A stretch of DNA of 64,000 nucleotides. Origin: Hydrolagus affinis (Eukaryota). The number at the start of each line of letters is the position of its first letter. Within the stretch, counting starts at the first letter, position 1. Shown here in pieces: positions 37,040-51,600 of this stretch. The DNA lies in the NCBI GenBank assembly GCA_012026655.1, contig JAAILG010001296.1, forward strand, positions 1 through 64,000, written 5' to 3'. Under the pieces are notes generated by a model, which made no database searches, was not told where the DNA came from, and saw nothing but the letters and a program-made list of their open reading frames with translations. The translations under genes and the position numbers were made by a program.

Positions 37040-40000
37040 GTGAGTATTTCACAGCACAAACTAGCTTGACTGATACCCAATTGCATCAAAGTGTGCTCGA
37101 GGGTGCGACAGACAGCAGTGATGACGTTAGACATCTGGCAGGATGACACTGGGACCTAAGGAGGAAGAAGAATTTCCTGTTCAGATAATGCAGTCCCTAT
37201 GCATACATTTGAGCTCAAATCACATTAACAGGAATATAAACAGCCAATTGTCCTCTCTTCACTCTCATGGGCAGGGGTTAACCTTTTCCCAGGGAGGCTT
37301 TGAAAAAAAAGACATTAAACCTGTATAATAATATAAATAATAATAATCCTTACATTTATATAGTGCTTTCCATGTCTTATCGACATCTCAAAGAGCTATA
37401 TAGGAAAATACTGCAAAATTAGGTAAAGCCTTGGTGATAAATCTTGAGGAAAATATAATAGGAGAAAGGAATATATACAGCCACAACTTGCAAAGGTGCG
37501 CATCCACATTCAGTTGACTATTTAACTCTGCTGCCTCAGAGATAGGCCAAACCCATTACATTTAATGGAACTAATATTTCTAAATATCTTAAGTGTGTGT
37601 GTATGTCTGCGCGTGTGTGTGGCAGGATTGAATGCATTATCTCTTGGGAAGTAAGCGAGATCTCCCCTGGGGCAGCAGCGGCTCTGAGTAGTTTTGGGCA
37701 GTATTCAAAAGCACCGATAATGGTTAGAGCCCTAAAACATTGTATTATTAAAAACATGAAATCTGTGGCTCCGTTTAAACCCATTGCTCGCTGGGGAAGG
37801 AGATTGTTTGCAGACGACATTTCTCGTAATGATGTATGTTTTATTACCGGAAAGTAAGAAATTTTTTGCGGTTTAAGAGAATATCCTAAAACTGTTCTGA
37901 AAGTAATAAGAAACAGTGACTGTTGAACAAAAAAAATGATTTGGGGTGAATTTGTAAAGATATATTGCCTTGCCGCAGCAAATACATTATTTAACACTTG
38001 CAATTTTCATCCTTATATTTCAGCAAATAACATTAATAATAATCACATCAATAAACTTGTCAAAGACAAAGCTAGCAGGCAGCAGGATTTGATTGAAATA
38101 GGGTCAGGTTACAGACCTTTCACGATTAGTAAAATGGAGCGCTGCATTGCTGAATGTAAGAAACGGGAACAAAGTTGTTTACTTTAGTAAATACATCTCA
38201 GAACAACTCTTTGATGTATTTTTCAACGTAAACCCCTAGAAAGACTGTAGCTGCTCTGACTGTAACATGGTGGGAGGTTCTGTAAGGAAGCACGATGCAA
38301 TGGTTGACCCCTGAAGAGCAAAACACAGACTCTGCACATCAGGGCTTCCCCCTGGAGGCAAAAGCCGATTTTAATAACTACACTGGAGCCTTTGAAACAG
38401 ACTAGGTCTCTTTCATGTTTAATCCATTGCAAAGCAGACCAAACCTCAGTATGAATGGAGTTTATTATGCGAAATTCTAACAGAAATTCAGTTGTTAAAT
38501 ATATCACTGAGATTTTTGGCTCTTTATAGACATACATGCAATCAGTCTCTTTCTCCCTTCCTTCCAACACCTACAAGCAGTCAAGAATTGACTCATTGTA
38601 CAGTAATATGGTTGCATTTTCTTCTGATATTTCACGAGAAAAAATATTTGAGAACAGGATTGTAATAGAACTTTTATAAGTTTTATAAGATTACACAAAA
38701 AAGTCGGACAACTGATATCAAAAGCCAAATTAATGACCCACAGAATTTTAACACTGATGTAAGTTTATGAAACCCACTTTAATGAGATGTGCAACAATAA
38801 ATATTTTTGCTGCACTGCCGAGACTTAAAGCACAGGATGAATGTGCCTAGGACTAGAGCCTGGTTCCTTCGAAAATGTGATAAAATGGTTTTAGGAGCAA
38901 TTTGATTTGCTGCAGCATAAATAAAAAGGTAGCAATCAATACCAAATATAACATGGGACTTTCAGTCACTTACAGTTGGTTTGGGAAGTGCAAAGTGGCA
39001 CTTGTGAGATTTCGACTGAGTCACAATGTTAGGGCTTTGCTCCGCATCTAACCATTCCTCATCCTTCTGGGAGTGCTTGACACCAACACCGACAGGCTGA
39101 AATGGAACAGGGTTCCAGTTCCCACTACTAACATCCATCACCTTGAAAAGCATAAAATGTACCAATTTTGTATTAAAAAATTTAGAATTTATTACATTGC
39201 ATTCAGTCATGGCATGAATAAAATATTTGTCTTGGGAGCTGTGGGCTGTGCAGAAATAATGCAGCTCATAGATTCAGCATACAAATAGCCTACAAACACT
39301 TTGATGCATAACTTTCTTATATGCCTATGTTCTCTGTCAACTGTCTATTACTTGCCAATCATCAGTATTGTAATTATGTTCACTGACATTTTCATTACAT
39401 GTAGAGTATGGTCACAACCCAAATTATTAAAGTCTGAGCGTCTGACAGGAGTATTCTGTAGAAAATTAATTTTTATTTTATTGTGTCTTATAGAAGCCCC
39501 ATTCTGGAAAACAAACACACTTGAATAGGCATTTTCAAATGTCACTTTTTAAAGTAACAAGAAATTACAACAACAAAATTACATTTATATTGTGCCTTTC
39601 ACATAGAAAGAATGTCCCAAGGTGCTGGTCAGTCAAGAAATTTGCAAATACACCTTCAAATGCCAAGGTTTGATTGAGTGCCACATTGCTCAAGCTCAAA
39701 ACCTAATGACTAGAATTTTGTGGTGGGTTTACCTTATCGGATAGATTTATCTGCTGTGGGTTGAAAACAGCTGTATACTTGTTTAATCATGATCCTTTCT
39801 GTCTTGGTTCATTTCAATAGCAGTTGTCGAAGTTTTCTATCCTGTTGCCTAGCAGAAGGTATTTGCATGAGCAAGAGTATATAACCAGGTTTATTTCTCA
39901 TGTATGGAAAAATCTATAATTCACAAGCACTGCGGGCATGACAGAATTATCACATCTCTTATGCAAGTAAAATAAATGAATACGTGAAGCTGCCAGTGCA

Positions 40001-43000
40001 ATAATCTATTTATTATTAATACAGGCTACAGCGGGATGCTCATCAATATGGCTCCTAACTGGTTACAAAGAGATGCTTGAGAATGGACCCGAGATAGATA
40101 AATACACTGTCTATATTTGCTGGTTCGCCACAGTGAATGACACTGAGGTCAATTGTTTGTAGAGGGAAACCTAACCACTACATGATAGCGTGTCGCAGTG
40201 TCACCCTTGTTGAGGACCTACTCCAATTAAACACATATTATTTTATCATTAAGTGTACAGAAGGAGGCCATTCATCTCATAGTGATTTTGCCAGCTCTCT
40301 AAAAGAGCTGCCATTTATTTACTTTCCCCCTTTAGTTTTTCACGAACGTTTTATGTATTTTCTTTGGCAATTATCTGCCCGATTCTCTTATCAACAAAAC
40401 TGTTGTTCACCAACAAAATGCACAGTTACTACACCTTACACTATAACAATAATAATAGTAATAATAACCCTTGCATTTGACATAGCACCATATCACGTCT
40501 TTGAGACTCTCAAAGTGCTTCACGCAATATACTGTAAAGTGTATATTTTGTGGTCAAAACTATATCCAGTCAAGTGCTTTAAGACATTGTCCTGATGTAA
40601 AAAGGCTTCATATCAAACTTTATATCAAAAGATTATTACTTCAACAACAACAAAATTACATTTATAGAGCGCCTTTCACATCAGAAGGATGCCAGAATTA
40701 AACATTCACAGGTCAATCCATTCAAGTCGTAAAACTGGAAAACAGCTCTGATTGAAAAAAAACTATTGGGTTCACAGGCTGAATAAAAGTCTGTCCTGTT
40801 AAAATGATCCACAGTTGCTATCTCTTCCTGGAAGACATGTGATGGTGTCATGACAACAGTTTCCAGGATTGAACATCTTATGACCTCATCTAAATCATTA
40901 GGGGATTCACAGGTAGTTTACGGGATTTAACCCTTAACCTGCTGAGAAAGAGATAATTGTACTGTAGAATTAATTCAACTAATTCTTTTAACTGGAGAAT
41001 CAAGCGTTAACATCTAAATTCATCTCAGAGCTATGATCTTTGGAATGTAATATGGGTTCCAATATCTCACTAACAGCCGAACTTTTGCAGTCCATATGTT
41101 GCCTTTTTGCACAATGATAGGAAAATCAGATGAGAAGCTGACAGCCCTGCATGAGCCTGAGAGATGAGATGAATATAGCACTTCTAAACAGGATTAACAC
41201 TTAAGCATTTTAATAAGACATTGTTTAAAACCGAGATTCTCTATTGCTATGGAGACAAAATGCTTCACAACAGAATAGTAAACAGTTATAATTTCATCAT
41301 TTGAAGGTTAGTTTACTGGTGAGTTAATACAAATGTAATACAAATGTAATATTTGCAACCTGGATTCACCCAGAATTCTTTTTTTTATATATCCTGCTGA
41401 TAATGGGATGTGCATTGCACAAATTGGCAGGAGCTCTAGTCTGACACGATTGGAAGTAGATTGAGTTTGAAGCGGACTTTATCCCAGGTCTTATTTCCAG
41501 TTGATAGGGAAGCAGCTGCTCTTTGCACGTTGCACCGGATTGTGTCATAATGGTTCACAAATTACTGCTAGATTTGGTTGGATGTTTGAATCACAGAGAA
41601 AATGAAACGAACACGCACCTCAAGTACAGACACATATCCAAGCCAATGGATTTGCAATATACTGTTCTATCGCATGGTAATATTGCAATGGACAAGCACT
41701 GTTACAAAGGACATTGTGACAAATTGAAATGTTGTGTTCCTTATAGCAATCCAGTGAAGCTGTCTGGGTGAGGACAGGTGTTTATTGGCAGTGATGCTCT
41801 TGCAGTCAGACACTGTGCAGAAGCTCACTGTCTAGACAGACTTATCAAGGTTACTTGACCGAGGTATCTGAAGGCTGCCAAGACTCACAGTACTGTCTGC
41901 TGGCAAAGGAAAGCATAAAATCAAAGATATTGTTGCAGAATTAACTAGTGGATGCCGATAGAATCCTATTATCTCAATTTCAGACTTATGCGTTGCAGAT
42001 AAAAGGAGAAAAACGTGACCGCTGGGAATCTGAAATAAAAAGAGAACATTCTAGAGAATGCAGAGCACATCAATCAGCATCTGAAAGAGACAGACAGGTT
42101 AAGACTTCAGGTGATGTGATAACAAAGAGTCTCTCATTCCTCTTTCTCTTTCAGATACTGATCCAAAATTTCCCAAACCCGTTTCTGTTTTAAAATGAAG
42201 AGTCACGCTGTTTCTATCCGATAGGATTATGCTGTATAACTTCAGTTAAAATTTGCATTTTGTTGCTTTTTCTGTCGTGCTCTTTCTGCATTCATTTCTC
42301 TGAGGCTCAGGTAGAGGAGGATCAATCATTTGATCATTGATTACTTGTCTGGGTGTCTTCGTGAGGCTGAACCAATTTTTTTGTTAGCGCTAGCAAACAC
42401 ACAAAGACAGAGCGGTGAGAATGGAATTGCAATTTGCCCACAAAATACACAGTCAATTCACTTTACATTATATTCTGTGAAGTACTTTGAAATGTTTCAA
42501 TGATTTGATAAGACACTATATCATATGCAACTATCAGTATTACATTTCTCAATGAAGCTTATATGGGGAGAAGAGTGGTTTGATTAAACGTTTGTGCTAT
42601 TTGGATATTTGTAAGTGCAATTATTTTTTGGAACGTTATCGTGAATTTCGGGAAAATGAAGCTTGTCAGGGTGAACCTTTATGCTTGTGTAAGCACCTTT
42701 CATCTACCATTTTCAACATGCACACAGCACTTGCCCATTTGCACTTTGTAGATCGGTGATTGAAATTAAACGTGACATTAAGGTAATTTTAATGTGAATC
42801 TGACTGGCGGCATATTTGATTTGAAGCAAATCTGAAATCCCAATTTGTTTGATGTGAGTTTGGCTCCTGGCGTATAATTTTTGTGAAAGTTTAGCATCAG
42901 AGGAAGATTTTTTTTAATTGATTTTATCTGCTGGGGAAGTGATTCCTCTGTTGGTGAATCGATTGTCATTATGCTTTCAGATGTACAAGTGGTTGTTGTG

Positions 43001-45104
43001 TTGACAATCTATATGAAGAGCCTTGGTCAACAATGGGCTTCATTGTTCCTGGGTTAGTGGGAGAGTAAATTAGCCAACGTCTGTTGATTACTACATCAGA
43101 ACTCCTGATGGAAGGTGTATGTATTAGTGCATGTCCAGTGAGGAAAGAAAAGGGTTTGATTGAATGACCCTCTCCCCACTCCATTTCCAGGAGCTTGCTG
43201 ACACTCAGTGTCAATGCATAGACATGAATAATGGGCAACTTGGATGAATTACTGTAGCATGCCACAAGAAAAGCTGAAATGCATACAGATGAGTCAGAGA
43301 GAAATTTGAGGCAAATCGGATGAGAGAAAACAAATCGAAACAACAGGAGATTTTCAGATCCTGAAAAGTCCAGCTAAAGCAAGATGGAATTTATATTGCT
43401 TTTTTTTCCCTCCAATTTTGTGAAAATTTGACTTTGTGTTATATCATTTAGGACTTGCCGAGTTTCAGCAATACATCATTTATTTTCCTCATTACTTATG
43501 CAGTGTTACTGAGCACGTACTGAGTAAAATGGTGATAAACCATAAAGCTCACATTTACCAGTGTTTTACATGGAAATATCACATTATGGTCCCAACAACC
43601 ATTTACAAGCAGCTCCTTAATTATTAAAGACCAACATCTTTTAACAACAGATTTGAGATCTCTTTAAAGATGATTTAGTACAAAGAACATAGAAACTGCA
43701 AGTGTGTTCACTTTCTGTTTCTTTCTCCATTTTTCTGCCCCACACTGCATGGAAAAACAATCTTCCCCAGATCTTAAGAAGCTTTTTAGCTACAGATACA
43801 TTTTGTATCGAAAAGGCAGTTTACAAGCAGAGCTTGACAAGAGATTCAGCTTCCTATTGAAACTGACAGAAGCTAATGTTAAACAAAAGGTTTTATAGCA
43901 ATCAATGAACAACATCATTCAAATCACAGATTTCAAATAAGAAAGTCAATTTCTGCTGCGACTATTTTTTAAAGGTAACATTTTAATAATAATCCTTGCA
44001 TTTGACATAGCGGCTCATCAAAGAGCCTCACAGAATATACTGTAAAGTGGATTTGATAGAGTCTCATGCTTAGGAACAATTAAATTTTATGTAGTCATAA
44101 TTCACCATGTCATATTCTACTAAAAAGTAAACATAATTTTCTCTTAACCATCAGACTCCAGTGGTGGACTGCAGTTTCTGCTGATTCTATGACTGGACCT
44201 GTATCAGCAAGAAAGATGCCACATACAATTTCATTCCGCCATATTATTTTATTCTTTGTAATTCGATTTAATGCAACTCATTCAGAATTCATTGTACCAT
44301 CACCACAATTAGACATAAAACTAATTAATATATTTCTCAAATGACCAGTTTCAAATCCACAAACATTTTGTGCTTCCAGGCATGCTTCCAGTATTCCTGT
44401 AAGGGCAGTTATTTGTGTTAGCCTCAAATAAGATTGCACTGTTAATTTATCCAATGAACCAAAAGTAATTTCCATTTTTCTTTTATACATTTCTCTGAAT
44501 CAAAGCTCACAATATTTAGAAAAGCAAGTTCATAAATATATTATCAAGAAACTGCATATTTTTAAAAGCAACTGAGAAAATTAGGGATGAAAGAAATCTT
44601 TAGCCAGGCATTCTTTGCTCTGATATGTAGCAATAACTCAGAAAGAAAATTTAAATTAATCTGATAATTGCAGATGATGTTTATGCTCACTAAATTTAGC
44701 AATTAAATTTACTGTATGGGGAGTTGGATATAATTATCTTTTTTTCTGACATTTAATTCATTTAAAGATTCAAAAAAGATTTGGCAATCAAAAACCTGGA
44801 GTTTTTTTTAGTTCCTTCTGTTTACATTATCTCTGTAACCTGGGTTTGAATTTATTCCAGTCTGATAGGATACAATATAATGTCTCAGCAGTAAGGGTCT
44901 CAGTGAAATTAGTTCAGGTTATTTCAGCAAGCCTCAATGGACATAATAGTCATGTACAAAACTGTGAACTAATTTGGTACCAAAGAGGGTGAATGCATCC
45001 ATCGCACTTCAGGTCTTAAACAAAAATGCCTGTTGTGTTTGATAGGAATTCTAGAATTGTATTGCTGATGTATTCTGTGATAAAGAACATGTCACAATTT
45101 AAAT

Positions 45105-45310
45105 TTCAGGCACGAAACTTTGCAACAGTCTTCCTCTATCCCTCTATCTTGCCCCCACTCCTTCCACATCTCCAGGTCCCTGCTGAAAATCTTCCACTTC
45201 AACCGTTCCTATGGTCTCTTCTTCCCCCAAGCTCAGTGTCATACTTCATTACTGTCAATTGCTCTGGGACACTACCCTGCATGAGGAGGCGCTATATTGT
45301 TATTGTTGTC
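45105..45310 (+). mobile_element. L2-like 3' tail just upstream of constant exon 3
   Basis: C/T-rich L2-like 3' end finishing CTGGGAC...GAGGCGCTATAT(TGT)n. Confidence 0.55.
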
Positions 45311-45353
45311 ATGAACTGTAATAGTCTTGACTTTATTTCATTTCTTTTAATAG

Positions 45354-45631
45354 ATGCAGGATACATTGAAGCATCTCCGGATCTAGAAGATGGCATTCCT
45401 ACTTGGGTTCCACGATATGGACCACAGCAGGTTGAGCACCAGGAATCTGATGAGTATCAGCCCGGCATCTACATGGGAGGTAGTCCAGTCCGATTGCCCG
45501 CTAAACAGGACCAAGTGGCTAAACTGGACGGGCAGCAATCTGCCTCGTCCACCAAGAAAAAGAAGAAACGCAGCAAACGAACGGAAAAGAGGGAGAGCAA
45601 AGTTACCATTGAGGAGCCACAGAATGAGTAA
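45354..45631 (+). CDS. cPcdh terminal constant exon
   Basis: tttcttttaatAG|AT GCA..., phase 1, encoding (D)AGYIEASPDLEDGIPTWVPRYGPQQVEHQESDEYQPGIYMGGSP...KKKKKRSKR...PQNE*. It has RYGPQ, an IYxxGS motif and the Lys-rich tail of cPcdh constant regions. 59+86+278 = 423 nt = 140 aa plus stop. Confidence 0.92.
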
Positions 45632-48600
45632 TGCATCGTGTAATGACAATCTGAGAACTATCAGTATCCAGATCAGGGCACTAGGATAGACATAAGGGTT
45701 TTGCGAATTAAAATTAAAATCACTTTTTAAAAGAGGTATTGTACTTTCAATGCTTAACTGTTTTTCTTTGTTAAATTCCATTGACTCCGTAAGAGGGAAT
45801 CTCTCATCAGGACTTTGATGCCTGGATTAATCAATTCTCATCTCTTCTATATCCAACTGTAGCCAAATAAAGTCAATGGTAAGAACAAATGAAAAACAAA
45901 ATTAACAAAATAGCTTCTTGCTAATACAAAACAGCAGTAGACTGACCTACAATTAAGGCAATGCCCTTGTGTGACAAACGTATTAGCAATTTTATGCACC
46001 CTTAAGTGTCTTATCCAGGAACTGACCCACAGAACAGATTAATTGTACTATACATGTTTGAAGTGGAAAATTATGTATGATGTAAGTGAATATTGATTAA
46101 ATCTTGAAATAATAACAAGGGGATAACAATCAGAATTCATCTGAATGGAATGAAAACAAATGTACACAAAAATCTGAATCCTGTATTAAGCAGTAATTAT
46201 TTCCAGTGCCAATCTAGATGCAGTTTACTCCACAGAACCTAAATTAAATAGTTCTTGAACCAATGCATGTCATGCCAACCAAGCGGTTACATTTACACAG
46301 CTTATCCATGTCTCAATTAACCTTGGCCTGGATAGAATAAAAGCATGTGTTTGCCGCTTTTTCTCATGGTCTCCAAACAGCTGACTGTATACCTGTTGAG
46401 CATGGATCGCCCAGTAAACTGTCTCCAGCTACACCTTGTAGCAAAGTCAGGCTGGTTCTGTACTGCTTAATAGCCATATGAAATATATTGTGCTGTTCTC
46501 AAATCAGTAATCACAAAAAAGGTCAAAATTTGTTCAATCACCTGCGGCAAACTATGCATTTTTTTGTTACATTTGTACCAAAGGTGGCTTCCTTTCCCAA
46601 TAATGTCTAATGTAATCTTTTTATGCTTTAGTCTATTTTCAGATGTATTCTGTTTTGCATGTATAAGTAAACGTGATCAGGACAATCTTTACTATGTATG
46701 TGTTTATTGAGAACCAAACACTTCATCACTTGCGTTCTACAGTTTTAGAACATACTCCACACAAATAATGTGTACACATTTCTAACTAAAGTTTAGCTTC
46801 ATTTATATTTTGTAGCAAGTTATTTGAGTGGTAATCCTTTTTCAATAATCATAATCTTTGCATTTGATAAACAACAACTTGGATTTATATAGCGCCCTCC
46901 TCGCCGGAGACATTTCAAAGCACTTCACAGAATATATTTTAAAGTGGGCTGACTGCTTATTGTGAGTCTTTTACTGAAAGATTTTGAAACATTACTCCAA
47001 ACATAACCATGATGAAGTCAAAAGAATCTAAACATTGCATTTGAGCCCATAGAATAAGTTAACATACATGATTGTCCCTGAAACAATGGCACACACATTG
47101 GTTTGGCTTCTGTTGCAATGTTCTGGTAAAATAGCGATATAACATTAAACAACACTTACATCTAAAATAAAACAGACAGATCTGAAAATACTGGATCCAA
47201 ATAATACTTCAATTTGATTGCTTCCTCTCTGTTAAGACGTAGAAATCAAATACATTGGAACTGGAGCAGCTATATTGTCTATCAAAAAGAACATAAAACA
47301 ACAGAACAATTTGCACATCATGGGGACAAGGTGAAATAGTGCGTGAAAACGTTATCTTTTTCAAGACTTATAGACCATAGGTTCAATCCAAGCTAGATGA
47401 AATGAGTGATTATTATCCCTCTCAAAGTGAGCACCAACATTTCTACATCAATCGATTAAGAAAAGTCTCGCCCAATTGCAATTTTATACCCACAGCAAAA
47501 TGTTATTAATTCGAGCATCAATTTGTATTGATTTGGCTTTTTCATCCAGAGTAAGCTAACATAGGAGTACATGATGATGACCATGAAATAAAGAAAGCCA
47601 TCTTGCTCTGACAGGCAAAAAAAAATTATTTGACTGCTGCAAGGGCACGAGAAGAACTGAGTGGTTTGCAGTTAATTCCTGGACTACAAAAGCCAAAAAT
47701 CAGAAATATTCCACTCCCAAATTTTATCCTTGGTGCAAAATATCTGTGAATATTTCTCAATGAGACAATTGAACTATGTTGTGGGTTCCTGGGCTGAACA
47801 CCTACTGGACAGCTCACAATGTAAGATCACACGCAAAGATATATGGTGAGGCTTCAGAATGAGGTAGCATCTTTTGAAGCAGAGAATAGACAAGCCACTC
47901 TATGAGAATAAAGACTGACACTTTTTACAGTTCAGAATGTGTTGAACAGAAACATGGAATCATAATCATGTACTTTATGTTTAGTTTAAGAGATTTCTAA
48001 AAGCTAGGTAATTTTGATGCAGAATTATTAAATTGTACTTTCCTGACAGGTACACTCGATGTGTACACGATTAGATAGATTTCTTTTCGGAAATAATATT
48101 ATGGGATAATACATTATATCATTTAGACTTTGGTCTTCTTTCATCTAGCAATTCCTATATATGATTGTGTGAAGGATTCAGGAAGGGTTAGGTTCAAAAA
48201 CTGACTCTGTGATGAGGTCACACAAACTAAAATGGATTGATCCTATCCATTCTCTTATTGGAATGGAATTTTTTTTTTGGCAAATCTACCAGAATCTGTA
48301 TCTATAAGACAAAGAATCTATTAATTTTATAATATTATTCCACTTTTATTAAAATGATGCAACCCATCTGCAATCTACATCAGTTTGACTTGGACTGGGG
48401 CATGCAGAGCATTTTGGAGTGCACAGGCAACAAATTATTCTAATCAGTTGAGAGAGGTGAAATTTCAGATTATATCTAGAGGGATGCATTGATATATCTG
48501 GAAAATAATATTCAACTTGACATGCTCAGAAACTTCATTTACTTGTTAATCTTACTTTCAATTGTAAACTAGTCATTTCTGGATTAGCAATAGTGGGAGG

Positions 48601-51600
48601 GGGGTGGGGGGCGGCGGGGGGATGTTGGGGGGAACTATCCAATAATGATTTGTCTTTGCTAGGTGTTACTTTGCTATAATTTATCTTCTTTTTGGTATGC
48701 TAATAAAGATAGATTCTTATCTGCTGAACCCAGCAGCATGTTCAATCAAGCGGAATGCAGTCATTATGCATTGATCCTTCAACTAATTTTGAGCTATTTT
48801 AAGTATCCCTTGACCTCCACCCGCTTCACCCCGCGGAGCTTTCCACTGATTTAAGTATTTTTAACGAGATGGCGAGAGAAGCAATGCTGAAAAAATGTCC
48901 TACATAAATTTGCACAGTTAATTACTAAATGTGGACTTAAAACTTAAAAGCTTATGTTTGTATATGGTTTATGCGTAAACACGTTCGCTCTGTGCATAGA
49001 ATCTGTAATATGCACTCCAAAATACAGACAGGCAAATGCCATGTTTATTTACATATTCTAGTCTTGCTGTATAACACTGAATAAATGTCATCATTAGCTC
49101 AATGAGATGGCTTGTATCCTACGCATCTCAATTTCTACACAAATGATTGCTAGTTTTACTTAATGTAGTGATAAATAGAAAAACAAAGAGTAGACGGTAA
49201 AAATTTTAATTTGGAAACAAACAGCTGATTAATGTATCTTTATATTTTAAAATACTGATTGGCCTAATTTCCATTCTTTTCACTGTTATTGCTTTTTTTT
49301 TCGTTATTATGACTACTTGTTAAACCACTTAGGCATTAAGTGGAATAACTGATTTCTAACAAGAATTCTTTCTGCATTTGGTGGAAATGATTGTAAAATG
49401 CAAATTTGGTTTTATGTTCAGAGCAACGCATTAGCAACATTATAGATGGATTCCTAAAACACATGCCTATAAAAGTAACGCATCATTTGCACTGTATCTT
49501 TCTAATTTACTTATTTAGAGATTATATACATTTATCTGAAACAGCAAATGCGAATAGACCTTCTTCCCAACCTGAATAGCCAAAACACCAAATACTGAGT
49601 ATTATTTCTGAACCTCAGATGCTTACAAACTGGAACACTGTAATGTAAATGCAAATTCTAATATCAAGCAGATCAGTTACCATGTAATATTATTCAGATT
49701 GCATTGTCAGCAGAAAAATGCATGTATTTGTACATCAATGTTAATCTACGTGGTGTCATATGTTGCTTTGAGTCAGACCAAAAATGACAACTTACAGTTT
49801 CTGGTCATTGTGTTTTATTTACACTGAGCAAAACATATCCATTGCCACAATGAAATCTATAAGTAATTAGTATAAGCATCTGGATGAATAGTTTGAAATG
49901 ATAATTACAAAAATACAGAGTAATATGTAATGAAATGTACAGGGAAGTTACCTTTGGAGCAGGTAACCAGTGTTTCAAACCATGCTAATCATAAATCTAA
50001 GATGAATTTATGAAATAGTTCAAAGGATTTTTTTAAATCCTAAACCAAGTTGTTTTAAATTACAGAAGATACATTCTTGCCATACCTTGTGCCTCCTTTC
50101 CTAATCCAGGACTAGATTTATTTGGCAAATAATAATAGCATTGAACTGGACTATTGTATCCTGCTGATCTCTTTGGGGTTAACAGTGAGAATTGGCCTGA
50201 GTCCACTGGGTTTCATCCCAGTTGCTATTCAGTGGCACTTTAAAATGTGCTGGGTATGAATGTGGGACAGTACATGACCTGATATAGCTGTGATTTCCCT
50301 CTCTCCCAAACTCCTTACAAACTCAAGAGTCTTATTGTCTTGCTGACATTCAAGATCCCATCTCAAACCATAAAGTGCAGTCACTGGGCTAAGCAACCCA
50401 AAGTGTGGCTTCTAACTGTGGTAATGTATACCATGACCTGACCTGATCGTGTGTTTTCAGGGGTGAAGGAGAATAAACATAAGAAGGTAATTGATGTTTC
50501 CAAGATAAGTTTAGTATTTGTAGAATATCTAAACTGAAAAAGCAAAGTATGTGAAATGCAATTGCATAAAAATAACTAATTGTATTGAATTAAAGGTTAC
50601 ACTGTGCAGAAAAAACTCAACATCTATAATAGTCAATAATCTCAACAATTATAATCTTTTAAAGAAACGAAAATCAATGCTTGAAATGAACCTTGGATTA
50701 TTTTTATTTCAACATTGTTTCTTTTTGCGTTTAGTTTGTTCCATTCAATTATGTAAAAATATTACAAAAATACTTGGATAATGTTACATAATTACTTGTG
50801 TACTTGTGTAAATCATGTTGCAGTTGTTTTGATTTTCTTTCCAGGTTAAGCATTTAGTTCACAAATCTACCTGTAGAATGAATATTATACTGTTGCTTTA
50901 TGTGTGTTAGCATTCAAATCTGCAACCATTTACTTAAATAAAGTGTATTATGCACATGCATGATAAAAAATTCAGAAGAAATTTTGAACTGAAATGATAT
51001 GACTTCTTGAATGATGACTGCTCATAAACGAACACCAGTTTTATATTTAACATTTTTTAATATAAAAACGCCCATGTAAATACATTAATTAAGCATTTCT
51101 TTAAATAGTTTGTAACCTGACACAATTGTGAGTGGAAAGAAAATACAATAAATTCTTTTAAAATGTTCATTGTTGTCTTTTTTCTGGAATATAAGATGTG
51201 ATTTCAACATTCATGGCATGAATTGAAGAAAACATGAGGTTGAACAATTAGCCCCATTGAGCCTTGAAGGAGACTTCTGTGGTACAACTTGTATGTTTTA
51301 AGGATATTCACAGTTAATAAGCTAATGTAAAGGATATGTACCCATTTCCATCAAAAGATGCACTTACCCCCTAAAAGAACTGATGGGATTTATTGCATAT
51401 TCACTGTACATATTTGATTATTGTTGTTGATCAATTGATCAGCTGTCAAACCATTTTTGGCAGACTTATCCCAACTTTTACATTGTACCTTACTTTCTGT
51501 CAGGATGAAGCAATTCCTCTCCCAATGCACCATTCAATTTGTGCCATTGTTTTGCAACTTCAGACATTTCAGAGTCGATTTGCCATTTGTGCCGCTTAGC

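Noticed and set aside
45026-45353. N-terminal part of the 201-aa ORF 45026-45631
   Set aside because: It is intronic and largely an L2 tail. The upstream AG sites I checked are in phase 0 or 2 and cannot join the phase-1 end of exon 2. Coding similarity starts at 45354.
22118-45353. Many 60-155 aa ORFs in the large intron and intergenic DNA; CRISPR or prokaryotic systems
   Set aside because: The ORFs show no recognisable domains apart from LINE remnants, no repeat-spacer array is present, and the locus is clearly vertebrate.
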